This document shows, piece by piece, positions 1-8,227 of a stretch of 64,000 nt of DNA (the first letter of the stretch is position 1; every line of letters starts with the position of its first letter). Both the position numbers and the translations under genes were made by a program. The DNA lies in IMG/VR virus record IMGVR_UViG_3300021387_000682, positions 1 through 64,000 of that record. One strand, 5' to 3'. The notes beneath the pieces were generated by a model that saw only the letters and a program-made list of their open reading frames with translations, had not been told where the DNA came from and searched no databases. Source of the stretch: a virus (Duplodnaviria; Caudoviricetes).

Positions 1-2
1 AA

Positions 3-281
3 GCAATCTTGCGTAAAATGATGAAGGCAAACCAAAAAGCGGCAGATGAATACCGCAAGGCAGGTAGAGAAGACCTTGCAGAAAAAGAATTACAGGAACT
101 TTCAACATTAAAGACAAGCTTTTGTGAGCCAGAAGTAACAGAAACACAGATCAAGACAGTTGTTGACAAGTGCCTGCAGAAGGGAATGAAAATGGGTGAC
201 ATCATGATATGCATTAAGAAAGAACTTCCTGATGCAAACATGGGCCAAGCATTCCAGATAGTAAAAAACACAAAAATATAA
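3..281 (+). CDS. GatB/YqeY-domain protein, 5'-truncated by the window edge
   Basis: Frame is open to the window edge. ILRKMMKANQKAADEYRKAGREDLAEKELQELSTL matches the YqeY pattern (Y..AGR.DLA.KE..E). Confidence 0.75.
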   Translation, partial: AILRKMMKANQKAADEYRKAGREDLAEKELQELSTLKTSFCEPEVTETQIKTVVDKCLQKGMKMGDIMICIKKELPDANMGQAFQIVKNTKI

Positions 282-287
282 CAAACT

Positions 288-1040
288 ATGGCAAAGAAAT
301 TGATTAGAACATATGCCAGCCTACAGGCGGCAGCAGAAAGTGCAGCAAAGAAGGGAGATGAAGCTTCATTGAACATCTTCCAGAAAGCAGCAGCAAAGAT
401 TAAGGAGCTTGCAACAATCCCACCAAAGGAGCAGCTTCTCTTACCATTTACACCAAATGCCTCAAAAGCTAAGGTGTTCAGAGAAGAGCTTGTTGACCCA
501 CTGTCTACAGAGAGAAAGGTCTTTAAAGAGGCCTCAGATAAACTCTGTGGAATTCTGGGTAACAACCCATCCTCAAACATGCGAGATGCAATTGAGGAGT
601 TCTGTATCATGACAGGCTCAGCATCACCAAGAGAGATGTTGAACATGATGTTCAGAAACGGTGAGCAGAGTAAGCTTAAGAAGCTGAGACACTATCTCGA
701 CTTCCTTGCAAACATGGCACATGGCTCAACACCAGTTATGCCAATCGCAATGATCGAGAAGAACTATATCCCATATTTCATGGGAGCAGATATCACCGAG
801 TTTGCTATGAGAATGAACGAAGAGAACACAATCTCAGCAAATTCAGGACGTCTGCGCTCATACTTCGATGAGATGAGCACAATTGAGGCTGCAAAGAAAG
901 ACATCATCAGAAACATCAATCTGGGTATATTGCCACAGGCAGATGATGATGTAATTCTGAAGCTGTCGATGGCAATCGTACCATCAGAGAGAATGAAACT
1001 GATTGAACAATACGAAAAAGAAGGCTATGTTAAGTTTTAA
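288..1040 (+). CDS. hypothetical protein (250 aa)
   Basis: Long ORF with A-rich leader (acaaactATG) and the same codon style as its neighbours; no motif recognised. Confidence 0.8.
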   Translation: MAKKLIRTYASLQAAAESAAKKGDEASLNIFQKAAAKIKELATIPPKEQLLLPFTPNASKAKVFREELVDPLSTERKVFKEASDKLCGILGNNPSSNMRDAIEEFCIMTGSASPREMLNMMFRNGEQSKLKKLRHYLDFLANMAHGSTPVMPIAMIEKNYIPYFMGADITEFAMRMNEENTISANSGRLRSYFDEMSTIEAAKKDIIRNINLGILPQADDDVILKLSMAIVPSERMKLIEQYEKEGYVKF

Positions 1041-1737
1041 CAAAATCAGAAAAATCAAGACTATCATCACAGTAGCGGCAGTGATAGCGATGGTAGTATC
1101 TATAGTTACAGACAAGGACATCACAAAAGATCTGAATGTGATGCAGTTTGTAAAGGCTGAAAAGGCGCCAAAGACCGATTGGAAGCCTATTAAGCCTATC
1201 GTCATAGACGAACCAGAGAGTGATAAAGTTTATGTTCAACCCCCTCTTAAAGAAGCGGAATGTATAGCGCAGGCAGGTACTCCACATCTGGAACCGACTA
1301 TACAAACGAAGCATAAGAGTACAATTAAGAAAAAGCAGAAGCGTGTCGCACCTCTGTCTAAGGTAGACACGATCACTGTTGCAGATGTAATATCGGATAC
1401 CATAATATCGTCCGATACGACTGAGGCCGAGTCAAGTGCAACCACAGTCATATCTGTAGATGATGTAACCGCGAATACTGCAGTTGCACACATCAGTGGA
1501 ATCCAAACTGAGCAAGGTTTTGTTTCAGATGGAGTAACTTCCACAAATGATAGCATCATAATTATAACAGCCGCAGAATTCAATAAGGCAATTAATGATG
1601 CATATCAAGCTGGAGCCAATTATGGCTACAATGAGGCAATGCAAGAAACTGGAGGTGAATTACAAACGCCAGAAGGTTTCCCGGGAGAGCGAGATATGCC
1701 CGCGATGACATTCACTACAAGTGAATCGAGCGACTGA
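1027..1737 (+). CDS. putative membrane-anchored protein with an S/T/D-rich region
   Basis: ATG at 1027 is preferred over the TTG at 1003. Basic N-terminus, hydrophobic helix IITVAAVIAMVVSIV, then low-complexity acidic S/T segment. Confidence 0.7.
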   Translation: MLSFNKIRKIKTIITVAAVIAMVVSIVTDKDITKDLNVMQFVKAEKAPKTDWKPIKPIVIDEPESDKVYVQPPLKEAECIAQAGTPHLEPTIQTKHKSTIKKKQKRVAPLSKVDTITVADVISDTIISSDTTEAESSATTVISVDDVTANTAVAHISGIQTEQGFVSDGVTSTNDSIIIITAAEFNKAINDAYQAGANYGYNEAMQETGGELQTPEGFPGERDMPAMTFTTSESSD

Positions 1738-1802
1738 GCCGCCATGACCCCGTAAGATGCAAAGATTAAACAAATTTTAGGCAAATCGAGCCAATCAGGA
1801 AC

Positions 1803-1951
1803 GCATGAAGTAAATCCCAGAAACATGCATGGAGTCCTCGTGTACCAGAAACACGATAGTTCGAGACGCGAACAGTCTCACTAGGCGTAGTCTTTGACTA
1901 CGTACGCTGAAAACCAGCTACATCAAAACGTATCCGGGGATCGTATGTCCC
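1803..1951 (+). ncRNA. candidate structured RNA (chain of six hairpins)
   Basis: GCATG/CATGC, CGTGT/ACACG, GAGAC/GTCTC, CGTAGTC-TTT-GACTACG, GCTG/CAGC and GGGA/TCCC occur back to back in an intergenic gap. Confidence 0.35.
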
Positions 1952-1978
1952 ATTATATATTAACAAAAGTATCAAACC

Positions 1979-2239
1979 ATGACAAACATTATTCTAATAT
2001 TCATCCTTTGGGTGATAGCGATGATGGTTGTCGATATGTTCGCAGCAAGCGCACAGAATGGGTCCAAACCATTAGGTGTCTCTAAACAAGAGGTAACAAG
2101 CACGATAAGCAGTTGTAAGCCTAAGTGCAGAGTTATACCGCTGACTACGAAACATCGCAACCCAGTAAGTAATAAAACTATAGCGAAGAACTTGGTTCGA
2201 CGACATCTATGCAGAGGTAGTTGTAAAGATGGTCCGTAA
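1979..2239 (+). CDS. small hypothetical protein with N-terminal TM/signal and a basic Cys-containing tail
   Basis: A-rich leader; IILIFILWVIAMMVV hydrophobic stretch. Confidence 0.55.
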   Translation: MTNIILIFILWVIAMMVVDMFAASAQNGSKPLGVSKQEVTSTISSCKPKCRVIPLTTKHRNPVSNKTIAKNLVRRHLCRGSCKDGP

Positions 2240-2579
2240 GAAAGTTCAGATCTATAGTAATAGAAACGCTTGAAAACCGTATTCTTAGATAGTGCAAATC
2301 TATCACACCCTTGAGTTCCACAAAGGCTACTCATATCCTACTGTATCATTTCCAACTGGTGGAGTGGAAAATGCCCGCAAGCACACTCGTAATACCCATT
2401 TTGGTAGGCAATAGGAGACCAGCAGAGCAAACTGCTCCAAAGAACCACAAACAACTAGGAAATAAGCAAACTCTGCCTTAAAGAGTATAGCTATCTGTCT
2501 GATATACAGATGAATGAAAAAACATGAGATTACTATCACATGGTATGGATAGCAGTCAATAATGTAGCGTGAGAACCGA

Positions 2580-2686
2580 CTGGTGACGCAATTGGTATCC
2601 GAGTTCGAATCTCGGCCCCCTTTATGGGAGTGGCGGAATTGGCATACGCGCAGCAAAACTGTACCAAAAGGTTGCAAACTAGACCA
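2580..2686 (+). ncRNA. circularly permuted tRNA-Leu-like RNA (T arm, closed acceptor, D arm, mini anticodon arm) on a bulged stem
   Basis: T arm CCGAG-TTCGAAT-CTCGG (2599-2615); acceptor hairpin CCCCC-TTTAT-GGGAG; D arm GCGGAATTGGCATACGC; CAG-CAAAA-CTG; closing stems TTGGTA/TACCAA and GCAA/TTGC. Confidence 0.6.
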
Positions 2687-2747
2687 AAGTTAGTAAGCTA
2701 TTCAAAATCAAACCACAAAGTCAACAGTAAATTGGCTCCCTTTAAGT

Positions 2748-3143
2748 TATCCAGGGGTGTAGTGGATGCCAAAGTTTAGGATATCGCCAAGGGAACACAG
2801 CCCCGCTAATAGGCAAAATTTGTCGTGTAACAGCGTGTTTAATACAATGACATACAACCATACCAGAAGCAAAGCAGATACGCTTAAATCGAGCGTAATG
2901 GGTGGGAATCCCATTGAAATAACTAATGCACATAAGTAGCATACAGCCAACCGCATAGGCAGTTGATGCGATTCTCAGTTGAATGGGATGTGGAGTAGAG
3001 CTATAATATCACACGTGGGTGCTTGACACGTAGTTGATCTCTAGAAAATATAGCTAAGCCTCAAAACGGGCACAGAAAACGTTAAGAGTAATACAGATAA
3101 CGGGTGGTTCCTGTAACTAAACAACCAAACGTCCATGAGGGAC
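2748..3143 (+). ncRNA. candidate large structured ncRNA
   Basis: No credible ORF. Many nested helices, e.g. TACGCT/AGCGTA, AATGGG/CCCATT, CGCAT/ATGCG, ACGTG/CACGT and AGCTATA/TATAGCT, plus a possible pseudoknot. Confidence 0.4.
2979..3007 (+). promoter_or_regulatory. sigma70-consensus-like promoter TTGAAT-N17-TATAAT
   Basis: Perfect -10 box, 4/6 match at -35, 17-nt spacer, about 190 nt upstream of ORF 3196. May be a chance match inside a structured RNA. Confidence 0.25.
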
Positions 3144-3195
3144 ACCAACTAAACCAAATTATTAACCAAATTCATAACATAAAAACAGAAAATAT

Positions 3196-3603
3196 ATGAG
3201 CACAAACGTAGCAAAGAGACTGGCAATATCAGACTCACTTTACACAGTAAAGACAAAGCCAGCAAAGGCATTCGAGGTTAAGATGAACCAGAACGTAATA
3301 TCAATTGCAAAAGTAAAGAAACTTTCGGCAACTACAATCAACGGACAGCCTGTGGTAACCGCATTCTGGGGTAACGCAGACGACGAGAAGCAGACATTCC
3401 CAATGGACCGCAAGTTCAATGAGTCTGTTCCAGGAGTAGATCCTGTATACACAGACCCTAAGCAGTTCAAGGAGGTTTACAAGGCCTTGGTTGAGTCTGA
3501 GCTTCAGGAGCTCGAGCAGGTAGAAATTGCGATTAAAAAGCGCAGAGCTGAAATCGAGGATCAGATGAGAAGCCTCGACGCAATCATCAATAGCGGTGAC
3601 TAA
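3196..3603 (+). CDS. hypothetical protein with C-terminal coiled coil
   Basis: A-rich leader; 135-aa ORF; heptad-like C-terminus. Confidence 0.8.
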   Translation: MSTNVAKRLAISDSLYTVKTKPAKAFEVKMNQNVISIAKVKKLSATTINGQPVVTAFWGNADDEKQTFPMDRKFNESVPGVDPVYTDPKQFKEVYKALVESELQELEQVEIAIKKRRAEIEDQMRSLDAIINSGD

Positions 3604-3605
3604 AT

Positions 3606-4268
3606 ATGAGACAGATAACAAATGAGTCAAAACAGCGACTTCATTTGCTTTGTTCACAGTATGGAGTCGCAAGCAATATACGAGAGGTAAGCGAGGACGG
3701 AAGTATCCTTACAAATGATGTTACAGAGTCAAGGTTCCTAGGCTTGGTTAAGTCGTACAAGAGAATCGACTTCTTTGACGCAGTAACAACAATTGGAAAT
3801 AGGATTCTTTCACAGTCTTCAGGGGATGACCAGGTCTCTAAGACCAAGAAATCCATAGTAGAAGGTTGTTTGAAGGGAATTGCTTCAGATGACCCTAACC
3901 GAGTAATCTGCAAACTGATGTCTGCAAGTACCCTTATAGAACTCCCTAAGGAAGAGAAGAAGGGTCCATCCGAGGAGGAAAAGAAAGCCGCCGAGGAGAA
4001 GAAAAAGCAGCAAGAAGCAGAGAAACAGAAGAAGGCCGAGGAGCAGAAAAAGCAACAGGAAGAGGCCAAGAAGAAGAAAGAAGAGGAGCAGAAGGCTAAA
4101 CAGCAACAAGCTCAACAGAATGGAAACAACAAAGAGTTGGTTCCAGTATATAGAGTCGTTCAAGAGAACGGCGAAACAATTCGCGAGGTGGAGAAAATTC
4201 CTATGAATGACTTCATGGAGCTCGTGAAAGCAAACCTTAAGGCGGGTAAAAGCATAGAATTTACATAA
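3606..4268 (+). CDS. hypothetical protein with a K/E/Q-rich helical linker
   Basis: Operonic spacing; EEEKKAAEEKKKQQEAEKQKKAEEQKKQQEE low-complexity segment. Confidence 0.8.
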   Translation: MRQITNESKQRLHLLCSQYGVASNIREVSEDGSILTNDVTESRFLGLVKSYKRIDFFDAVTTIGNRILSQSSGDDQVSKTKKSIVEGCLKGIASDDPNRVICKLMSASTLIELPKEEKKGPSEEEKKAAEEKKKQQEAEKQKKAEEQKKQQEEAKKKKEEEQKAKQQQAQQNGNNKELVPVYRVVQENGETIREVEKIPMNDFMELVKANLKAGKSIEFT

Positions 4269-4271
4269 CAG

Positions 4272-4784
4272 ATGAAAATAGTAGTAGAACCATCAGTCCT
4301 CAATACCCCAGCGGGTGTTGAGAGGCTGACGGCTCTCTGCATGTTAGCAGTGAGCTGGGAGAACAGAAAGTTAGTGAGTGATATCAATTACTTCGTTAAG
4401 AAGAGGAGCAATGAGGTAGCAATCTTAGATTTCAGCGATTGCTCATCAGATCTGACATATGTACCTAGAGGTATATATTACAGAAATATACCATCAATCA
4501 ACGATGTAATTACAGTAAATAACAGTACAATACGACTTGTGCAGCCTCTTGGAGGATGTGTGACAATGGAAGTACCAGAAAGATACGCCCCAATACTCTA
4601 CCGTAATAGGCAGAGTGTAGCAGACATTCTTCTCGCAAAGGTACTAGAAAAGTTACAGACCCCAAGTGACATAGACAGGGTTGCAGAAGCTATTGTCAAG
4701 GCTATAGATGCTCCAAAGACAGGTACAGAACCTGCCAAGAAAGATGAGCCATTTAAGCCTAGGTTTTACGCAAAACTTGGATGA
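4272..4784 (+). CDS. hypothetical protein
   Basis: 170-aa ORF tightly packed in the operon; ATGA overlap with the next gene. Confidence 0.75.
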   Translation: MKIVVEPSVLNTPAGVERLTALCMLAVSWENRKLVSDINYFVKKRSNEVAILDFSDCSSDLTYVPRGIYYRNIPSINDVITVNNSTIRLVQPLGGCVTMEVPERYAPILYRNRQSVADILLAKVLEKLQTPSDIDRVAEAIVKAIDAPKTGTEPAKKDEPFKPRFYAKLG

Positions 4785-5215
4785 GCTATACATACGACGA
4801 ATTACAGAAGATAAAGGTTAAGCTGGAGAAGGATTTCAGCAAGAAAAAGGCTGAGATCCTAAACTCTAGCTTCGGAAGCCTTAGATCAAGAATATTAAAG
4901 GCAAGAAACACAATAGAAGACCTAGTCTACGTGAAGGCAAAACTACTAAAATACACGTTAGACAACAATGATGTGGACACTAAGGGCCACGAAAATATAT
5001 TCAGATTGGCGTTGTTGATTGACCTAAACAAAACCATTCTGAATGTTCAAACAACGGAATTCTTTCACCCAACAAAACCTTCAAGAAGGGCTAAGTTGAA
5101 TATGATGAAGGAAGTCCAAAGAGAGATTGACCAGATAAAAGAGAAACGAAACGAATTCAACTGTAAAAAGGTTGAAGACGATAAGATAAAAGAAATACTT
5201 GACAGATTACACTAG
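4781..5215 (+). CDS. hypothetical basic helical protein
   Basis: 144-aa ORF with 4-nt overlap. Confidence 0.75.
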   Translation: MSYTYDELQKIKVKLEKDFSKKKAEILNSSFGSLRSRILKARNTIEDLVYVKAKLLKYTLDNNDVDTKGHENIFRLALLIDLNKTILNVQTTEFFHPTKPSRRAKLNMMKEVQREIDQIKEKRNEFNCKKVEDDKIKEILDRLH

Positions 5216-5324
5216 TAAGCCAGTTGGGATGAGCATCCAATTGGTGGGCGAAGTGAACGTGTCGAAGAGGGAAGGATCGGGGTAACGTCCGATGCCAACT
5301 TCTGTCGAGTATCAACCTACAGAT

Positions 5325-5834
5325 ATGAAAATAGAAGTAGATACGGAGTGGTGCACTCAATACCACTTGACATTAGAACAAGCATTACTGCTTAAAGCCA
5401 AACTAAATCCATCAAACAACCTCGAAGAAGTTTTTGTGCTTAACAACAGCAAACTCCAACCTTACGAAATCGCTAGGGTTGAGGATTTGTATAATAAGCT
5501 CAAGAACGCTAAGCCAAAATTATCTGACCAATGGGCACAAGAGTTTTGGGATGAATTTCCTAAATACTGTATTGGCCCCGAAGGCAATAAGCGTTACTTG
5601 AGACAGGGAGTGTTAAAACGGAAAGCGATTTCCGAGTACAAAAAACTAATTAAAACCGAAGAGCAACACCAGATGGCAATGGAGTATTTGCGACACGACG
5701 TAGCACACAGAAAGGAAACAAACTCTCTGATGTGGATAAATTCGATCGTGAAGTATATACAAAATAAGCCCTGGGAATCCGAGGAGCTGAAAGGAGATGT
5801 TGATGGATTCATTTTTGGAGGGGATATCGAGTGA
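5325..5834 (+). CDS. putative replisome organizer / replication initiator-like protein
   Basis: EFWDEFPKY...RKAISEYKKL resembles the phage replisome-organizer C-terminal motif (FW..YP....K..A...Y). Lies directly upstream of DnaB. ATG at 5325 is preferred over 5292. Confidence 0.55.
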   Translation: MKIEVDTEWCTQYHLTLEQALLLKAKLNPSNNLEEVFVLNNSKLQPYEIARVEDLYNKLKNAKPKLSDQWAQEFWDEFPKYCIGPEGNKRYLRQGVLKRKAISEYKKLIKTEEQHQMAMEYLRHDVAHRKETNSLMWINSIVKYIQNKPWESEELKGDVDGFIFGGDIE

Positions 5835-6783
5835 TGTAAAAATCAAATCGATAAACGAAGCGGTTGATGAAGCTATAGAATCACTAAAAGAGGAAAACAA
5901 AGCCCACTACTACAAGACAGGCATCGAAAAGCTCGATCGTGCCCTTGGAGGAGGGGTTGAGCAGAATCTATTAGTGACCATTGGTGGTATATCCGGTTCC
6001 GGCAAGTCCGCAATCGCAAATATCATCGAGACCAATATAGCGGAAAACTACGAAAACGTAGTCGTTCTAAATTTTTCGTTTGAAATGACAGCCAAGTCGC
6101 AGGTGTTTAGAAAGCTTTCGTCCAAAATGCTTTGCAACACCTCGCAGTTGCGGGAACAGCTTGCACACAGTCAGAACGCACTCGGGAATGTGTCCGATGC
6201 TCGAATAGCGGTGAACCCAATAGAGGAAATCCGGAGTAGGCAAGTGTTCTACGTCGAAGAGGCGATCAATGTTAAACAGCTGTGTGACATTGTTTCTGAG
6301 TTTCAAAGAAAATGCTTTGAGGAAAAGAAATGGCTTGTAGTATTTGTGGATCACGCGCTGCTGATTGATGGAAAATCATCGGACGAAAGGACGAATGTTG
6401 CTGATCTCGAAAAAGCCTTAATAAGGCTGAAAAAGGTAGGTAGAACCACAATCTTCCAATTAATGCAGCTCAATAGAAATATAGAGTCTGCAGAAAGGAG
6501 ATCAAACAGATTGCTACACTATCCTACGAGATCTGATCTGTCAACAGCAGATGCGGTATACCAGGCATCAGACCAGGTATGGGTAATACATAGACCAGAA
6601 CTTTTAAACATAAAATCATACGGACCACATGAGATAGATTCTGAAAAGAAGGTATTTCTACATATAATTAAGTTCAGGGAAGGTGAACAAAAGATCCTCA
6701 TGTTCGAGAACCACCTGGATATTAATCGTATGGAACTTCCTAGTCAGCCTGAGAAGGCTGGCCAGGAGCAAACTTATTCATAG
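5797..6783 (+). CDS. dnaB: DnaB-family (SF4) replicative helicase
   Basis: Walker A GGISGSGKS, Walker B VFVDH, QLNR motif, SDLSTADAVYQASDQVWVIHRPE. Start codon is uncertain. Confidence 0.9.
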   Translation: MLMDSFLEGISSDVKIKSINEAVDEAIESLKEENKAHYYKTGIEKLDRALGGGVEQNLLVTIGGISGSGKSAIANIIETNIAENYENVVVLNFSFEMTAKSQVFRKLSSKMLCNTSQLREQLAHSQNALGNVSDARIAVNPIEEIRSRQVFYVEEAINVKQLCDIVSEFQRKCFEEKKWLVVFVDHALLIDGKSSDERTNVADLEKALIRLKKVGRTTIFQLMQLNRNIESAERRSNRLLHYPTRSDLSTADAVYQASDQVWVIHRPELLNIKSYGPHEIDSEKKVFLHIIKFREGEQKILMFENHLDINRMELPSQPEKAGQEQTYS

Positions 6784-6850
6784 CAAACAAAACCAAAGAA
6801 TACCAAATACAAGTATTGACTGTAAAATGTAATTATAAATATATATATTT

Positions 6851-7516
6851 ATGGCAAACTGTATTATGGTGCTCGGTAAAACGGGCTCAGGCAAGTCCTA
6901 CAGTATCAGGAATCTAGACCCAGCGAAGACGGTAGTCATCTCTGTTCTGGACAAACCAATGCTGTGGAACAAAGACAAACGTTATTCAAAAGACAACAAG
7001 AACCTATTTAGTTGTTCCGATTACCTGTCTGTAATATCGCTAATCACAAACATCTCTGAGAAGGCGGAGAACATTCAAAACATCATAATTGATGACATGA
7101 TCTACGTCATGACGAAAGAGTTTTTCAAGCGTGCAAAAGAGACAGGATACGGGAAGTATACAGAATTTGGTATGCACTTCCAGCAAGTAATCGAAGCTTG
7201 TGAGAAAGCAAGAGACAACATGAATATATTCTTCATGCTTCATGCAGAAGAGGTGTTCTCGGACAAAATCCATGTAGGATATAAGGCTAGAACCATTGGT
7301 CAGTTGGTTGATAGCTCATACAATCCAATGGAGGTTGTCACGATATTGCTCTTTGCTGATAAAAAGTACGATGAAAACGGAAAGGCGCAGTACGGGTTCT
7401 ATACACACAACTTTATGAGGGGATCTGTTGAAATCCCAGCTAAGTCTGGAGATCTATTTGAAGACGATTGGATTCCTAATGACCTGAATCTGGTTGTTGA
7501 AGCGTTAAGTAAATAA
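6851..7516 (+). CDS. phage AAA/NTP-binding ATPase (AAA_24/Sak4-like)
   Basis: N-terminal GKTGSGKS, Walker B IIIDD, followed by an SSB-like gene. Confidence 0.8.
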   Translation: MANCIMVLGKTGSGKSYSIRNLDPAKTVVISVLDKPMLWNKDKRYSKDNKNLFSCSDYLSVISLITNISEKAENIQNIIIDDMIYVMTKEFFKRAKETGYGKYTEFGMHFQQVIEACEKARDNMNIFFMLHAEEVFSDKIHVGYKARTIGQLVDSSYNPMEVVTILLFADKKYDENGKAQYGFYTHNFMRGSVEIPAKSGDLFEDDWIPNDLNLVVEALSK

Positions 7517-7545
7517 GAGATGTTGAACTTTTAAATTGATGAAAT

Positions 7546-8112
7546 ATGTTATTTAATTCCGAAAACAAAGCTATTGAAAAGAACGACGTTAACTTCTTCG
7601 AAGCAGGTATCATTGAAGACGTAAAGCTCGAGGGAGCTGAGCTCAAGACGACACCTACAGGAAAGAGGTTGATTGAGGTTACATTTACAAAGGGAGGGGC
7701 TAAGCTCGTCTCAAGTGAGTGGGAACCAGAGAAGAGAGAGACAGACACACAGGAAGACTATGAACGCCAGTGTTCAGGCTTCTTGAGCAGACTGCTTGAC
7801 ATTCTCGGCTGCTTCTACCCAGAGGATCAGTTGAAGGTTAATGTGGAGACATTCACAGAGCTTGCAAACTGGTTCATCACAAAGGTACAGATGGCAGACA
7901 AAACAAAGCTCGTAAGAGTAAAAGCTGTATTTAACAAGAACGGGTACGTAGTTCTGGCCGGTGGATATAGGTATACATTTATCGAGCCAATGACGATCGC
8001 GAAAGACAATTCAAAGATCCGTATCTTGGCAAAAGATGTTATCGTACGTCCTGAGAAGGAAGTTGACAACATAAAGGATCTGAAGAAGAATTCTGACGAC
8101 CTGCCTTTTTAG
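7546..8112 (+). CDS. putative single-stranded DNA-binding protein
   Basis: C-terminal acidic tail SDDLPF typical of SSBs; beta-rich N-terminus; replication context. Confidence 0.65.
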   Translation: MLFNSENKAIEKNDVNFFEAGIIEDVKLEGAELKTTPTGKRLIEVTFTKGGAKLVSSEWEPEKRETDTQEDYERQCSGFLSRLLDILGCFYPEDQLKVNVETFTELANWFITKVQMADKTKLVRVKAVFNKNGYVVLAGGYRYTFIEPMTIAKDNSKIRILAKDVIVRPEKEVDNIKDLKKNSDDLPF

Positions 8113-8227
8113 TTTTTAGTTAGTGAATAAGGGGGATTGAGACTGGCAGTCAGCTCAGTCTCCCAAATTTCAAACAGCACCAAAAAGATCCAAATCAAAT
8201 CAAATATGTTAACAGAAAATTTAGCAT

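Noticed and set aside
1760-1785. Antisense Bacteroidota promoter (reverse complement AATCTTTG)
   Set aside because: The -7 box lacks the TA and the -33 spacing is off; too weak to call.
2590-2700. Two-piece (permuted) tmRNA
   Set aside because: No G3-U70 alanine identity pair, no CCA, a true D stem is present, and no tag reading frame was identified.
2990-3080. Group I intron core (R/S-like GTAGAGCTATA ... GAAAATATAGCT plus a P9-like hairpin)
   Set aside because: The G-binding G-C pair and bulged A of P7 are not matched, no P/Q (P4) pairing was found, and there is no interrupted gene. Kept only as a generic structured-RNA candidate.
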